Positions 20,619 through 30,873 are shown, counted from the first letter of the whole stretch. The stretch: DNA of 62,311 nucleotides, filler included, from 5 parts of 5 records of this genome joined end to end with filler, not necessarily neighbours in it, one strand, 5' to 3'. The notes: generated by a model not told the origin, from the letters alone. Numbers and translations are program-made.

Positions 20619-21602
20619 TCAACCCTGCGCCACACGCCTTTGACGACGTAATGCAAACGGGGTCACACCATAAAAGCTCTTGTAAACAGAGGAAAATCCG
20701 TTCGGGAATCCGCACGCCATGCCAATTTCGCGCACGCTCATCGTGGTGTTCAACAGCAGGTTGTTGGCCTTGGCCAGTCGCATTTCCCGATAAAACGTAT
20801 TTGGGGTCGCCCCCAGAAACGTTTTGAACTTGCGTTCCAACGACCGGTTCGAAAGATCAAGCGCCGCGACGATCTCATTGATCGGCACCGGGTCTTCGAC
20901 ATTGGCCTGCATGATCTTGATGCACTGATCCAGCTTATCGTCGCCCGTAGTCGTCGCTTTGACCCCCGAAAAAGGCTGCTGCGAGCCAAAATCACGGATG
21001 TTTTCGTGCAGCAGAATATCCGCAACCGTCATCCGGGCAGCACCCGATATGTGGCGCCCAATAACGGCCAGCGTCACATCAACAGTGGCGCCCATGCCGG
21101 CACAGGTGACAACAGGTCCGTTTTCAGTCGCTATCGCAAAATTGGCATCAAACACGCCAGTACGCTCACGCAAAAACGCCGAGTTCTCCCAATGAGTGGT
21201 GTGCACAGAGTCTTCGTTGTTTTCGTTGATATAACGGCTCGCGGCCTCGGCCAGCAAGAACACCTGCGCGCCCCGAAAGGTATAGTCAGAAATCTTGCGC
21301 CCAAGCGCCAATTCCGCGCAATCCGGGTCCGCGTTGCCAATCACAAAGGCATAGTCCGCGGTCGGCTGATCGCTCAGCCGCTCGGTCGACACCACCGCAC
21401 CAGCGCTGCTTTCCACCATCCCGCCAGACAAGGACCGATAGGTCCATGTGAACGGCGGACTGGGGCAGACCCGATTGGCCAAGCGGATGACATCAACAAC
21501 ACCCGCCAGTTCGGTCAGAACAAACCCATCGGCAACAATGATATCAAACTGCCACTGCCTGTCGCTGTTTATGACAAGATGCAGTTTGCTCTTTCCACCC
21601 AT
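20619..21602 (-). CDS. GlxA-family AraC regulator
   Basis: DJ-1-like N-domain (TTHWE, TCAG) and C-terminal AraC HTH (RSLERKF, EIGMACGF). Confidence 0.9.
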   Translation of the reverse strand: MGGKSKLHLVINSDRQWQFDIIVADGFVLTELAGVVDVIRLANRVCPSPPFTWTYRSLSGGMVESSAGAVVSTERLSDQPTADYAFVIGNADPDCAELALGRKISDYTFRGAQVFLLAEAASRYINENNEDSVHTTHWENSAFLRERTGVFDANFAIATENGPVVTCAGMGATVDVTLAVIGRHISGAARMTVADILLHENIRDFGSQQPFSGVKATTTGDDKLDQCIKIMQANVEDPVPINEIVAALDLSNRSLERKFKTFLGATPNTFYREMRLAKANNLLLNTTMSVREIGMACGFPNGFSSVYKSFYGVTPFALRRQRRVAQG

Positions 21603-21614
21603 AATGCCGCCTCC

Positions 21615-22511
21615 TCAGACGATCTCGTGCCCTGCCGTTTTCAGCTGGCTGGCCAATTCTGCAATATGTTCGGGACCCACTTCACAACAACCACCGACAA
21701 TTGAGGCCCCTTGCGCGACCCATTGCATCGCATGCGCGGCATAGGCATCCGGTCCCAGGTCCTGTCGCTGCTCTAATGCGTCGACCGTTGGGGCGTCTTT
21801 CAAGAACCCATCGGTGATGCGGGTGAACCCATTTGCATAGGCTCCAAAGGGGCGGCCAAACTCTTTGATGATATCCAGCGCCGCTGGCATCGCCTCGGGG
21901 CGCGAACAATTGATCAACACCGCTTGCGGGGCAAACCGATCCAACACGGGTGCGATGTCAGCCAGCGCCTCGCCAGAGCGCAGGCGGGTTCCATCGTCAT
22001 CCATCACCGACAGGGCGATCCAAACCGGCTTGGTGCTGTCCTTGCAGCCCAACAACGCGCCTTCGGCCTCTTGCAGGGACGAAACCGTTTCAATCAAAAA
22101 CAGGTCGACATGATCCTGCATCAGCCCAACCAGCTCACCAAACTTTTCAGCCGCATCGATAGGGTCAGGATTCAGATCCGGGCGATAGGATGCCAACAAA
22201 GGCCCCAATGACCCTGCAATGCGTCCCCCGTTAGTTTGGGCGCGGGCGGCCTCTGCTTGTTCCAAAGCCGTCGCGATCAGCGCAGGCATTTGTGAATCCA
22301 TTCCAACCCGGTTCAGACGCGAACGGTGCACCGCATAGGTGTTGGTCGTGGCCACTGTCGCGCCTGCATCAAAATACGACTGATGGACCTGCCCCACCAG
22401 ATCGGGGTGATCAATCATCACACGGGTCGACCACAAAGGCGTCGCCCGGTCACCGCTGCGTTTGACCAATTCCTGCCCGATCGAGCCGTCCAAAAGGGTG
22501 ATCTGTGCCAT
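21615..22511 (-). CDS. Homocysteine S-methyltransferase family (betaine-homocysteine methyltransferase-like)
   Basis: LLDGSIGQEL, INCS, YANG, VGGCC Zn ligands. Confidence 0.9.
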   Translation of the reverse strand: MAQITLLDGSIGQELVKRSGDRATPLWSTRVMIDHPDLVGQVHQSYFDAGATVATTNTYAVHRSRLNRVGMDSQMPALIATALEQAEAARAQTNGGRIAGSLGPLLASYRPDLNPDPIDAAEKFGELVGLMQDHVDLFLIETVSSLQEAEGALLGCKDSTKPVWIALSVMDDDGTRLRSGEALADIAPVLDRFAPQAVLINCSRPEAMPAALDIIKEFGRPFGAYANGFTRITDGFLKDAPTVDALEQRQDLGPDAYAAHAMQWVAQGASIVGGCCEVGPEHIAELASQLKTAGHEIV

Positions 22512-22521
22512 CTCTATTCTC

Positions 22522-23568
22522 CTATGGGATCAAGACCAGTTTGCCAGCAAAGGCTTTAGCCTCAAAATCCGCTTGCGCCACTTTTATGTCGCCAAGAGGA
22601 TAAGTTTTCGAAATCAGCGGTCGAATGCGCCCGGCGTTCATCAACGCAACGAGACGACCGAACACTTCGGGCGATTGATGCGTGCAGCCGTGAATGGTGA
22701 TGTCGCGCAAATAGATCTCGCGCAGGTCCGCCTGCACCATCGGCCCCGCAATCGCCCCCGACACGGCATAATGCCCGCCGGGCTTTAACGCGAGGATCAG
22801 ATCCGCCCAAGCCGGACCACCCACCACGTCAATCACACAATCATAGGTATCGGTGGGCAGAGATGCGCCACGATCCAGCGTCTCAACCGCGCCCTGCCCC
22901 TGCACAATCTCGGCTTTGGCGGGACTGGTCACGCCCGTCACTGTGGCCCCGCGCAGCGTTGCCAGTTGCACCGCTGCCAAGCCCACGCCACCCGATGCCC
23001 CGGTGACAAGAACGCGATGCCCCGCCGTGACGCCTGCACGGGTCAGCAGGTTCTCCGCCGTTCCAAAGGCGCAAGGGATCGCGGCGATTTCTTCATCCGA
23101 CAAAGGCGACGCCGTGACATCATACAAATCATCCGCCTGCACCAAACAATATTGGGCAAACGCCCCGTCCATTTCCGACCCCAAAGCAATGAAACCCTGT
23201 GGATGTCCCGGACCCGGTCGCGGCAGGTTGATCGGGCAAGTCACCCGTTGCCCCGGTTCAAATCCCGCGCCCTCGCCGACCTCTTCGACGATGCCACACA
23301 GATCACCGCCCTGAATACGCGGAAAGGCCAACGCCCCGCCCCAACCGCCAGCTTCAACATCCTGATCCACAGACTCCGTCGCGCCGGTAACCTCCGAGGA
23401 ATACCACCCAACCCGCGTGTTAATGTCGGTGTTGTTCACGCCAGCAGCGGCCACACGGACCAACACCTGCCCCGGTCCAGGGACCGGAACAGGAATATCA
23501 TCGCGCCATTCCAGCGCATCCGGCCCGCCGTGTCTGGTGAGATAGACGCCGTGCATTGTACGACTCAT
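22522..23568 (-). CDS. MDR-family (alcohol dehydrogenase/quinone reductase-like) oxidoreductase
   Basis: AAAGVNNTD, PRIQGGD, VTGASGGVG, GKLVL. Confidence 0.88.
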   Translation of the reverse strand: MSRTMHGVYLTRHGGPDALEWRDDIPVPVPGPGQVLVRVAAAGVNNTDINTRVGWYSSEVTGATESVDQDVEAGGWGGALAFPRIQGGDLCGIVEEVGEGAGFEPGQRVTCPINLPRPGPGHPQGFIALGSEMDGAFAQYCLVQADDLYDVTASPLSDEEIAAIPCAFGTAENLLTRAGVTAGHRVLVTGASGGVGLAAVQLATLRGATVTGVTSPAKAEIVQGQGAVETLDRGASLPTDTYDCVIDVVGGPAWADLILALKPGGHYAVSGAIAGPMVQADLREIYLRDITIHGCTHQSPEVFGRLVALMNAGRIRPLISKTYPLGDIKVAQADFEAKAFAGKLVLIP

Positions 23569-23605
23569 GGGTCTCTCCTTTTTTCAGCGGGCCGAGTTTA
23601 GCACA

Positions 23606-25816
23606 TTACGCGCGCAGGCGTTCGTTTGCGGGATCCCAAAGCGGCTGATCTTCCTGAACCACAGCGCGGCATTTCACGCCATAGATCTCGACCTCCAGCT
23701 CAGTCCCCGGAACCGCCAGATCAGACCGCACCATGCCCAACGCGATCGACTTGTTGATCCGGTGACCCCACCCACCCGAGGTGGTTTCGCCAACGATCTG
23801 ATCGCCACTGTGAATACACGACATATAGGGCGCATCCGCATCCCCAGCCTCAACCACCAAGGTTACAAAGCTCTTCTTTACGCCTTGCTGCTTTTCGTTC
23901 TGAATCGCTGCCTTGCCCGGGAAATCCTGCGGCTTGTCCAGTTTGACAAAACGGCCCAGCCCCCCTTCGAGCAACGAATAATCGGTGCTCAGATCGCCTT
24001 TCCACGCACGATAGCCTTTTTCCAGACGCAAACTGTTCAGCGCATACATGCCAAACGGCTTGGCACCACCCGCCAGCAACGCGTCATAGATCGCGTCCTG
24101 ATCGGCGTTGGCGCAATGCACCTCCCAACCCAGCTCACCAGCGAATGAAACCCGCGCCAAGAACGCAGGTTTGCCCGCCACAGTGGCTTTCTGATGAGTC
24201 AGCCAGCCCAAGCTCAGATCCGCATCGGAAATCGCAGCAAACAGGTCACGCGATTTTGGACCAGTCACGATCATGGTGCCGAATTCGGTGGTGTGATCGG
24301 TCAACGACAGACCCGCAGGCAGCGCGTTTTTCAGAATCTCGAAATCATGCCACTGTGCGCCACCGGCGGTGATCATGGTGAAATGATCCTCATCGTGACG
24401 GATACAGGACATTTCAGTCAAAATCCGGCCCCGGTTGTCCGAGAAATAGACCAGATTCATCCGGCCCACTTTGGGCAGACCACCCGTCACCATACCGCGC
24501 AGAAATTCAGCCGCACCTTCGCCAGTCAGGTTAAAGCGCGAGAACCCCGGCAGGTCGAGAACGCCAACGCCATCACGGACCGCTTCGCACTCTTCTTTGA
24601 TGCGCGCCTCCCATGGGCCGGACCGGCCCCAAGTGTGCGTCGCCTCAAGCGAGGTATCGTCGCCATCCTGCGCAAACCAGTTGGCGCGTTCCCAACCGTT
24701 ATAGACGCCCATAACGCCGCCCAGCTCTTTGACCTTGGCGTGAACGGGCGAGACTTTCTTGTCGCGTGCCGCAGGCCATTCGTGCTGAGGGAAATGCATG
24801 GCGTATTCGTTGCCGTACACCTCCATGCCCTTTTGGTTGCAGTAATCCTGATCGGTGTAATCGGTGTAACGACGTGGATCGACGGCCCACATGTCCCACT
24901 CGGTCTGACCGTCCACGATCCATTCCGCCAACACCTTGCCGGCACCGCCACCCTGAGCGATGCCAAAGGTGAACACACACGCCTCAAACGCGTTTTTCAC
25001 GCCGGGCATTGGGCCAATCAACGGCAGACCATCTGGCGCATAGGGGATTGGTCCATTGATAACGCTGGACACGCCCGAGGATTCCATCAGCGGCACACGT
25101 GCCATCGCATCAACCACGATATCTTCGATCCGGTCCAGATCCTCTTGCCACAGCTGGAAGCTGAAATCTTCGGGCATCTGATCGTTGTTCTCGACCCAAT
25201 GCGCCTTACAGTTCGGCTCGTACGGGCCAAGGTTATAGCCGTTCTTTTCCTGCCGCAGGTAATAAGACACATCCACATCGCGGATCAAAGGCAGCTTGCC
25301 ACCGTGCTCCTTGGACCACGCCTCGATCTCGGGGATCTGTTCGGTCAGCAGATACTGGTGCTCCATCACCATCATCGGAACGGTACGGCCACCATAGGGC
25401 TTGAACCATTCACCAATGCGCTGCGCATAATATCCGGCGGCATTCACCACATAATCACAATCAATGTCACCCTTTTCGGTGTGCACCGTCCACGTGCCAT
25501 CGTCGTGCTGCGTCACGCCAGAGGCCGGGCAAAAGCGGATGATCTTTTGCCCCATGTCACGGGCACCTTTGGCCAACGCCTGCGTGACCTGCGCAGGGTC
25601 GATATCCCCATCAGACGGATCCCACAGAACCCCAGCCAGATCGTGCGTTTCCAGAAACGGATAGCGCTCTTTGGCTTCTTCGGGGGTCCACATCTCCATC
25701 TCGATGCCCTGATACCGGCCCATAGACAGGGCGCGCTCAAATTCCTGCATCCGCTCTTGGGTGTGCGCCAAACGGATCGACCCCGACTGGTGATAGTTCA
25801 TCGGGTAATCGACCTC
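23606..25816 (-). CDS. Dimethylglycine dehydrogenase-like GcvT-family protein (5'-partial)
   Basis: DGDIDPAQ, NGPIPYAPDG, GWERANWF, SFAGELGWE, LRLEKGY. Frame is open to the contig end. Confidence 0.9.
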   Translation of the reverse strand, partial: EVDYPMNYHQSGSIRLAHTQERMQEFERALSMGRYQGIEMEMWTPEEAKERYPFLETHDLAGVLWDPSDGDIDPAQVTQALAKGARDMGQKIIRFCPASGVTQHDDGTWTVHTEKGDIDCDYVVNAAGYYAQRIGEWFKPYGGRTVPMMVMEHQYLLTEQIPEIEAWSKEHGGKLPLIRDVDVSYYLRQEKNGYNLGPYEPNCKAHWVENNDQMPEDFSFQLWQEDLDRIEDIVVDAMARVPLMESSGVSSVINGPIPYAPDGLPLIGPMPGVKNAFEACVFTFGIAQGGGAGKVLAEWIVDGQTEWDMWAVDPRRYTDYTDQDYCNQKGMEVYGNEYAMHFPQHEWPAARDKKVSPVHAKVKELGGVMGVYNGWERANWFAQDGDDTSLEATHTWGRSGPWEARIKEECEAVRDGVGVLDLPGFSRFNLTGEGAAEFLRGMVTGGLPKVGRMNLVYFSDNRGRILTEMSCIRHDEDHFTMITAGGAQWHDFEILKNALPAGLSLTDHTTEFGTMIVTGPKSRDLFAAISDADLSLGWLTHQKATVAGKPAFLARVSFAGELGWEVHCANADQDAIYDALLAGGAKPFGMYALNSLRLEKGYRAWKGDLSTDYSLLEGGLGRFVKLDKPQDFPGKAAIQNEKQQGVKKSFVTLVVEAGDADAPYMSCIHSGDQIVGETTSGGWGHRINKSIALGMVRSDLAVPGTELEVEIYGVKCRAVVQEDQPLWDPANERLRA

Positions 25817-25916
25817 NNNNNNNNNNNNNNNNNNNNNNNNNNNNNNNNNNNNNNNNNNNNTTAATTAATTAANNNNNNNNNNNNNNNNNNNNNNNNNNNN
25901 NNNNNNNNNNNNNNNN
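25817..25916. other. Artificial contig linker
   Basis: N-run with TTAATTAATTAA. Confidence 0.99.
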
Positions 25917-25945
25917 CGGGCGTTCGAATCGCCTCGCCCGCTCCA
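25917..25945 (+). tRNA. 3' fragment of tRNA-Gly (cut by contig start)
   Basis: T-arm GGGCG-TTCGAAT-CGCCT, acceptor strand CGCCCGC, discriminator T, CCA. This implies a 5' GCGGGCG with U73, typical of tRNA-Gly. Anticodon not visible. Confidence 0.8.
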
Positions 25946-25973
25946 TTCGGATCCTGTCACCCAACAGGACATC

Positions 25974-26000
25974 AAGAGGCCGCCTTCGGGCGGTCTTTTT
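25974..26000 (+). terminator. Intrinsic terminator of the tRNA
   Basis: AAGAGGCCGCC-ttcg-GGCGGTCTTTTT. Confidence 0.88.
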
Positions 26001-26198
26001 GGTTTTTACGGTCGCTTTAAACGATCTTGCAAATCGGCAACAATTTGCATAGCCCCTGCGTATCTTCTCGAAAAATACCAAATGTGCGGGCAATGTGGGC
26101 ACCAGCGTCATAATTTCGCCGATTTCTCAGGGTTAATGGATGGCAAAGATGACATTCCACTTGCCAGACGGCGCGGGAAAAAATCGGAAAGGTACGCA

Positions 26199-27191
26199 AT
26201 GAGACTCTTGGCTGTTGATGATGATCCACTGATCCTTGATCTTTTGCCGCTTGTGTTCAAACAGGCCGACCTGCCGGACATTACCCTTGCCAGCAATGGC
26301 CCTGCCGCACTGAACCATCTGGCCGATCCTGATGTCGAATATGATTGTCTCTTACTGGATGTCGAGATGCCCGAGATGGACGGCATCACCCTGTGCGAGC
26401 GTATCCGCGCCCTGCCGCGCTATCGCAATACGCCAATTCTGATGTTGACCTCGGTCACTGATCACAAACGCATCGAAAGCGCCTTTGCCGCCGGAGCCAA
26501 CGATTACATCACCAAACCTTTTGACGTCAAAGAGATGGTCACACGGGTGCGGGTTGCACGCCGGATGACCGAAACCACGGACCTTGTGCCGCGTCTTGAT
26601 CCGCTCGAACAGATCGTCGCAGAACCGGGCCACCATGCCTTTGATCTGGCCGATCCGGTGCGTATCTCACATCTCAACCAGTTGATTTTGCCCTTTTCTC
26701 TGGGCAATTACCTGTCGCAGTTGTCGCGTCGCCGGCTGGATGCCTGCACCATCTTTGCCACCAAGATCGAAGATATTGACGGGCTGTATGCCCGGTGCCA
26801 GACCCATGAATTTGCCATCGCACTGACCGAGGTGGTCGATGCCATTTCGGAAGTGGTGGATTGCCCGCATATGTTGATGACCTATCAAGGGGACGGCGTG
26901 TTCCTGTCGATCATGCAGGGCAGCGAGCCGCCGCAATGGCCCGAAATCGAGGATCAGGTGCATGCGGTTCTTGATCAGGGGGCGGCACTTTTTGATGACG
27001 GCACCTCAATGGGGCTCAGCGTGTCTATCGGCAATCCGATTACCCCAAACGCCAGCCGCAATCAGCGGGTGAAAAAGACCTTTGACCGTGCCATTGGCCG
27101 CGCCATGATGCGCGAAAAGAGCAAAGCCAAGATTGGCCGGGCCTCCGCTGCGGCGCGCAAGGCCACGACGCCGGGCGTGCATTTGGTCTGA
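26199..27191 (+). CDS. Response regulator (PleD-like REC) with degenerate GGDEF/cyclase-like C-domain
   Basis: LAVDDD, LLDVEMPEMDG, MLTS, GANDYITKPF. The C-domain has YQGDGVF and SVSIG. Confidence 0.82.
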   Translation: MRLLAVDDDPLILDLLPLVFKQADLPDITLASNGPAALNHLADPDVEYDCLLLDVEMPEMDGITLCERIRALPRYRNTPILMLTSVTDHKRIESAFAAGANDYITKPFDVKEMVTRVRVARRMTETTDLVPRLDPLEQIVAEPGHHAFDLADPVRISHLNQLILPFSLGNYLSQLSRRRLDACTIFATKIEDIDGLYARCQTHEFAIALTEVVDAISEVVDCPHMLMTYQGDGVFLSIMQGSEPPQWPEIEDQVHAVLDQGAALFDDGTSMGLSVSIGNPITPNASRNQRVKKTFDRAIGRAMMREKSKAKIGRASAAARKATTPGVHLV

Positions 27192-27193
27192 TC

Positions 27194-27547
27194 CTAGTTG
27201 ATCGGGAATTGCGCCAGACAGCGTGCGGCGTTGCGCCGGTAGTCATCCAATGTGTCGGGAAAACTGCGCCGGTCGCGGACAATCTCCAGCGCGGCTTTCT
27301 TTTGCCGCCATGTGCCGCTGACGTGCCGCTCAAGGATCAACACGGTCACGCCCAGCATGATCTCTTTTTCCTGATCCCCGATCAGATCCGCCCCGGCCAA
27401 TACAACAGCGGTCAGCGCCAGCATATTGGCACAGCGCAGCGCCGCGGCCTCCTCCCCTTCGTAGGTGCGCGCGGCAGAGGCCGGATACGCAAGCAAACAA
27501 GCCGCGAGAACCGCAGCCCATAGCGCCAAAGGTCGGCGCAAGATCAA
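27194..27547 (-). CDS. Small secreted hypothetical protein
   Basis: Signal peptide ending YPASA, two Cys in the mature part. Overlaps the upstream stop codon. Confidence 0.7.
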   Translation of the reverse strand: MILRRPLALWAAVLAACLLAYPASAARTYEGEEAAALRCANMLALTAVVLAGADLIGDQEKEIMLGVTVLILERHVSGTWRQKKAALEIVRDRRSFPDTLDDYRRNAARCLAQFPIN

Positions 27548-27783
27548 AAAACCTTGAATGTCATCGTGGTGAGCGAGCGTTCAATCCCGTCGATATCCAG
27601 CAGTTTGTCGTTGATATAGACGCCAACATCCTCCCCCTTGGGGATATAGAGTTTCATCAGCAAATCATAATCCCCCGAGGTGGAGTACAGCTCTGAGTGG
27701 ATTTCGCGCAGGGCAATTTCTTCGGCCACACGGTAGGTCGAACCGGGGCGGCAACGGATCTGGATAAAGACGCAAGTGCTCAT
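27544..27783 (-). CDS. Stand-alone Lrp/AsnC ligand-binding domain protein
   Basis: [14 protein letters not shown] and IDGIERSLT. 79 aa, no HTH. Confidence 0.85.
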   Translation of the reverse strand: MSTCVFIQIRCRPGSTYRVAEEIALREIHSELYSTSGDYDLLMKLYIPKGEDVGVYINDKLLDIDGIERSLTTMTFKVF

Positions 27784-27913
27784 AACAGCCTCATTCTGGT
27801 TTGGCCGAGCCTCTCACATGCCCCAATGCGCCGCAATCCCTGATCGTAGGCGCCATTGCCCTTGGCCTGCCCGCCTGCGCTGGTATAAGGGCGCGAAACC
27901 GCAGGAGACCGCC

Positions 27914-28501
27914 ATGCGCACAGCCACCCTGACCCGCACCACCGCCGAAACTGATGTCACAGTTGAGATCAATCTCGACGGCACCGGCGCATATGATAAC
28001 CAGACCGGCGTTGGCTTTTTCGATCACATGCTCGACCAACTGGCGCGGCATTCGCTGATTGATATGAAAATCCGCGCCAAGGGTGATCTGCACATTGATG
28101 ATCATCACACGGTTGAGGATGTGGGCATCACACTGGGTCAGGCACTGGCCAAGGCCTTGGGCGACAAACGTGGTATCCGCCGTTATGGCGCCTGTCTGCT
28201 GCCGATGGATGACGCACAGATCCGTACGGCGCTGGATCTGTCGGCGCGGCCATTTTTGATCTGGAACGTGGACATTCCCACCGCCAAAATCGGCCAGTTC
28301 GACACCGAGCTGGTGCGTGAGTTTTTTCAGGCGTTTGGCACACAGGGCGGCATCACGCTGCACGTTGATATGCTGCACGGGATCAACAGCCACCACATCG
28401 TTGAGGCGGCGTTCAAATCCGTGGCCCGTGCCCTGCGCGAGGCGGTCGAGGTTGATCCGCGCAAATCGGGGGATATTCCTTCGACCAAAGGCGCCCTCTG
28501 A
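27914..28501 (+). CDS. hisB: Imidazoleglycerol-phosphate dehydratase
   Basis: [36 protein letters not shown] before ATG 27914. Confidence 0.97.
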   Translation: MRTATLTRTTAETDVTVEINLDGTGAYDNQTGVGFFDHMLDQLARHSLIDMKIRAKGDLHIDDHHTVEDVGITLGQALAKALGDKRGIRRYGACLLPMDDAQIRTALDLSARPFLIWNVDIPTAKIGQFDTELVREFFQAFGTQGGITLHVDMLHGINSHHIVEAAFKSVARALREAVEVDPRKSGDIPSTKGAL

Positions 28502-28512
28502 GGAAAAGCTGT

Positions 28513-29151
28513 ATGCTGACCGCGATTATTGACTACGAATCCGGCAATCTGCATTCGGCGCACAAGGCGTTTGAGCGGATGGCCGATGAAGTTGGCGCAG
28601 GCGAGGTGATCGTCACCGCCGATGCAGATGTTGTGGCAAAAGCCGACCGTCTTGTGCTGCCCGGAGACGGCGCGTTTCCGGCCTGTATGGCCGCGCTCAA
28701 GGGGTCTGGCGGACTATATGACGCGATGGTCGAGGCGGTTGAAGAGAAAGGCCGCCCCTTTCTTGGCATCTGCGTCGGGATGCAGCTGATGGCGACATTG
28801 GGCCGCGAATACTCTGACACCTCCGGCCTGGATTGGATTGGCGGGGAAGTGACCAAAATCACCCCGGCGGACCCCGGTTTAAAGGTGCCGCATATGGGCT
28901 GGAACGATCTGGTGATCGATCATCCTCACGCGGTGTTTGATGGGATCAAGACCGGCGATCACGCCTATTTTGTGCATTCTTATCATATGGTTGTGCAAGA
29001 CGAGACACAGCGGCTCGCACATGTCGAATACGCCGGTGATGTGACCGCGATCATCGGACGCGGTACCATGCTGGGCATGCAGTTCCACCCGGAAAAGAGC
29101 CAAGCCACTGGCTTGCGGCTGATCGCCAATTTTCTGAACTGGAAGCCCTAA
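28513..29151 (+). CDS. hisH: IGP synthase glutamine amidotransferase subunit
   Basis: GICVGMQ, PHMGWN, YFVHSY, QFHPEKS. Confidence 0.97.
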   Translation: MLTAIIDYESGNLHSAHKAFERMADEVGAGEVIVTADADVVAKADRLVLPGDGAFPACMAALKGSGGLYDAMVEAVEEKGRPFLGICVGMQLMATLGREYSDTSGLDWIGGEVTKITPADPGLKVPHMGWNDLVIDHPHAVFDGIKTGDHAYFVHSYHMVVQDETQRLAHVEYAGDVTAIIGRGTMLGMQFHPEKSQATGLRLIANFLNWKP

Positions 29152-29555
29152 CGCAGGCGTTTCCAAACCTGATCGTGACAACCATCATCCCCGCAGGCCC
29201 GCAGATGCAATTTGCCCGAACGCGCCTCAATCCGGGTTTCGGACAACCAGTTGCCCTGGCTGTCCACCATTTTCCCCAGAAAGCTGCCATCTGGCTGCGG
29301 CTTCAGATCCCAGAGCACTTTTTGCCCCACCATGGTTGAAGGCGTGTCATAGCCGCGCCTGTCCTTGACCCGCTCCACCCGTCCGCACATCGACCGGCCG
29401 CAAGGCTTGGTCCGCACATTCAGCACAATGCCGCGCCGATCCGGCTCGGACTTCCACAATCCCAGCGGCACCTCCACCTGCGCACTTTGCGCCAGCGCGG
29501 CGCTGCTTAGGACAGCGGCGTATGCACTGGCAGCGATCACTCTGAAGACGGTCAT
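29148..29555 (-). CDS. DUF2147 secreted protein
   Basis: Signal peptide, GLWKS, PCGRSMCGRV, terminal W-x-R. Confidence 0.78.
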   Translation of the reverse strand: MTVFRVIAASAYAAVLSSAALAQSAQVEVPLGLWKSEPDRRGIVLNVRTKPCGRSMCGRVERVKDRRGYDTPSTMVGQKVLWDLKPQPDGSFLGKMVDSQGNWLSETRIEARSGKLHLRACGDDGCHDQVWKRLR

Positions 29556-29571
29556 GGCCGGGTCTCCCACC

Positions 29572-29610
29572 AAAAAGAAAAGGCGCAGCAAGGATTACCC
29601 TTCTGCGCCT
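29572..29610 (-). terminator. Intrinsic terminator between the two DUF2147 genes
   Basis: AGGCGCAG...CTGCGCCT stem with a U-tract on the minus strand. Confidence 0.7.
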
Positions 29611-29633
29611 CAACTTTCAATGTCTTGACGACG

Positions 29634-30020
29634 TCAGTTCAGGCGTTGCCATGTCTGTTTGGAGCAGATCAAGCCGCCCGCAACGCAGCCCGACAGCTTC
29701 AGCGTATTGCCCGAGACCGCCATTTTGCCGATATAGATCTTATCGTTCGAGGGCCGCCAAACCTTGCCTTTGTACTTGCCACCGCCTTCGGCCTTCATAT
29801 CAATAACAAGGGTCTTGCCCAGGTTTTTGGACTTGTATTCGCCGCTGTCATTGAAGGTGCGAGCAATGGTGCCGCAGACCGCAGCGCCGCAGGGCGCCAT
29901 TTTGACATGAGCATATGCCCCGTCATCGACTTGTGTTTTCCACGTCCCAATCGCAGGTTCGGCCAACGCGCCCCCTGCCAATCCAAAGGCAAACAGCGCC
30001 GCAGTGATTATCGTTTTCAT
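29634..30020 (-). CDS. DUF2147 secreted protein
   Basis: Signal peptide, GTWKT, PCGAAVCGTI, GCVAGGLICSKQTWQR. Confidence 0.88.
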   Translation of the reverse strand: MKTIITAALFAFGLAGGALAEPAIGTWKTQVDDGAYAHVKMAPCGAAVCGTIARTFNDSGEYKSKNLGKTLVIDMKAEGGGKYKGKVWRPSNDKIYIGKMAVSGNTLKLSGCVAGGLICSKQTWQRLN

Positions 30021-30153
30021 GTCATTCCTCCCCGATTTCTGAGGCCAGTTTGTGCGATCACCCCCCTTTCAGGCAAGGCTGACCTTGGGTCGCGTTGCAA
30101 ATCGCCCCGCAACATGCATAACCGGACCCAACCTCAGATCATAAGGACAGGCC

Positions 30154-30873
30154 ATGATCCTCTATCCCGCAATTGACCTCAAAGACGGCCAGGCTGTGCG
30201 CCTTGTACATGGCGATATGGACCGCTCGACCGTGTTTAACGACGATCCCGCCGCGCAGGCCCGCAGCTTTGTTGAGGCGGGCTGTGAATGGTTGCATCTG
30301 GTTGATCTCAATGGCGCTTTTGCCGGAACACCTGTGAATGCGGCGCCGGTTGAGGCGATCCTGAAGGCTTGTGACGTGCCCGCACAATTGGGCGGCGGCA
30401 TCCGCGACATGGCCACCATCGAGGGCTGGCTGGAAAAAGGGCTGGCGCGGGTCATCCTTGGCACCGTTGCCGTCGAAAACCCCGATCTGGTGCGCGAGGC
30501 TGCAAAAACCTTTCCGGGCCAGGTTGCAGTGGGCATTGATGCCCGCAATGGCCGCGTGGCCACCAAAGGCTGGGCCACAGAGACCGATGTGATGGTCACC
30601 GATCTTGCCAAATCCTTTGAGGACGCAGGCGTTGCGGCCATCATCTACACTGACATCATGCGCGATGGCGCAATGGGCGGGCCAAACATCGAGGCCACCG
30701 CCGAACTGGCCCGCGCGGTTTCGATCCCGGTGATTGCCTCGGGCGGCGTGGCTTCGCTGGACGATCTTATTGCGCTCAAACAGACCGGCGTGATCGAGGG
30801 GGCCATTTCAGGTCGCGCGCTTTATGATGGCGCCATTGATCTCAAGGCAGCGCTCTCGGCTCTCGCCGCCTGA
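30154..30873 (+). CDS. hisA: ProFAR isomerase
   Basis: [35 protein letters not shown]. Confidence 0.97.
   Translation: MILYPAIDLKDGQAVRLVHGDMDRSTVFNDDPAAQARSFVEAGCEWLHLVDLNGAFAGTPVNAAPVEAILKACDVPAQLGGGIRDMATIEGWLEKGLARVILGTVAVENPDLVREAAKTFPGQVAVGIDARNGRVATKGWATETDVMVTDLAKSFEDAGVAAIIYTDIMRDGAMGGPNIEATAELARAVSIPVIASGGVASLDDLIALKQTGVIEGAISGRALYDGAIDLKAALSALAA

Noticed and set aside
25917-25945. tRNA 3' fragment as an att site of an integrated element
   Set aside because: It sits exactly at the contig edge and is followed by a normal terminator and chromosomal genes. No integrase is present.
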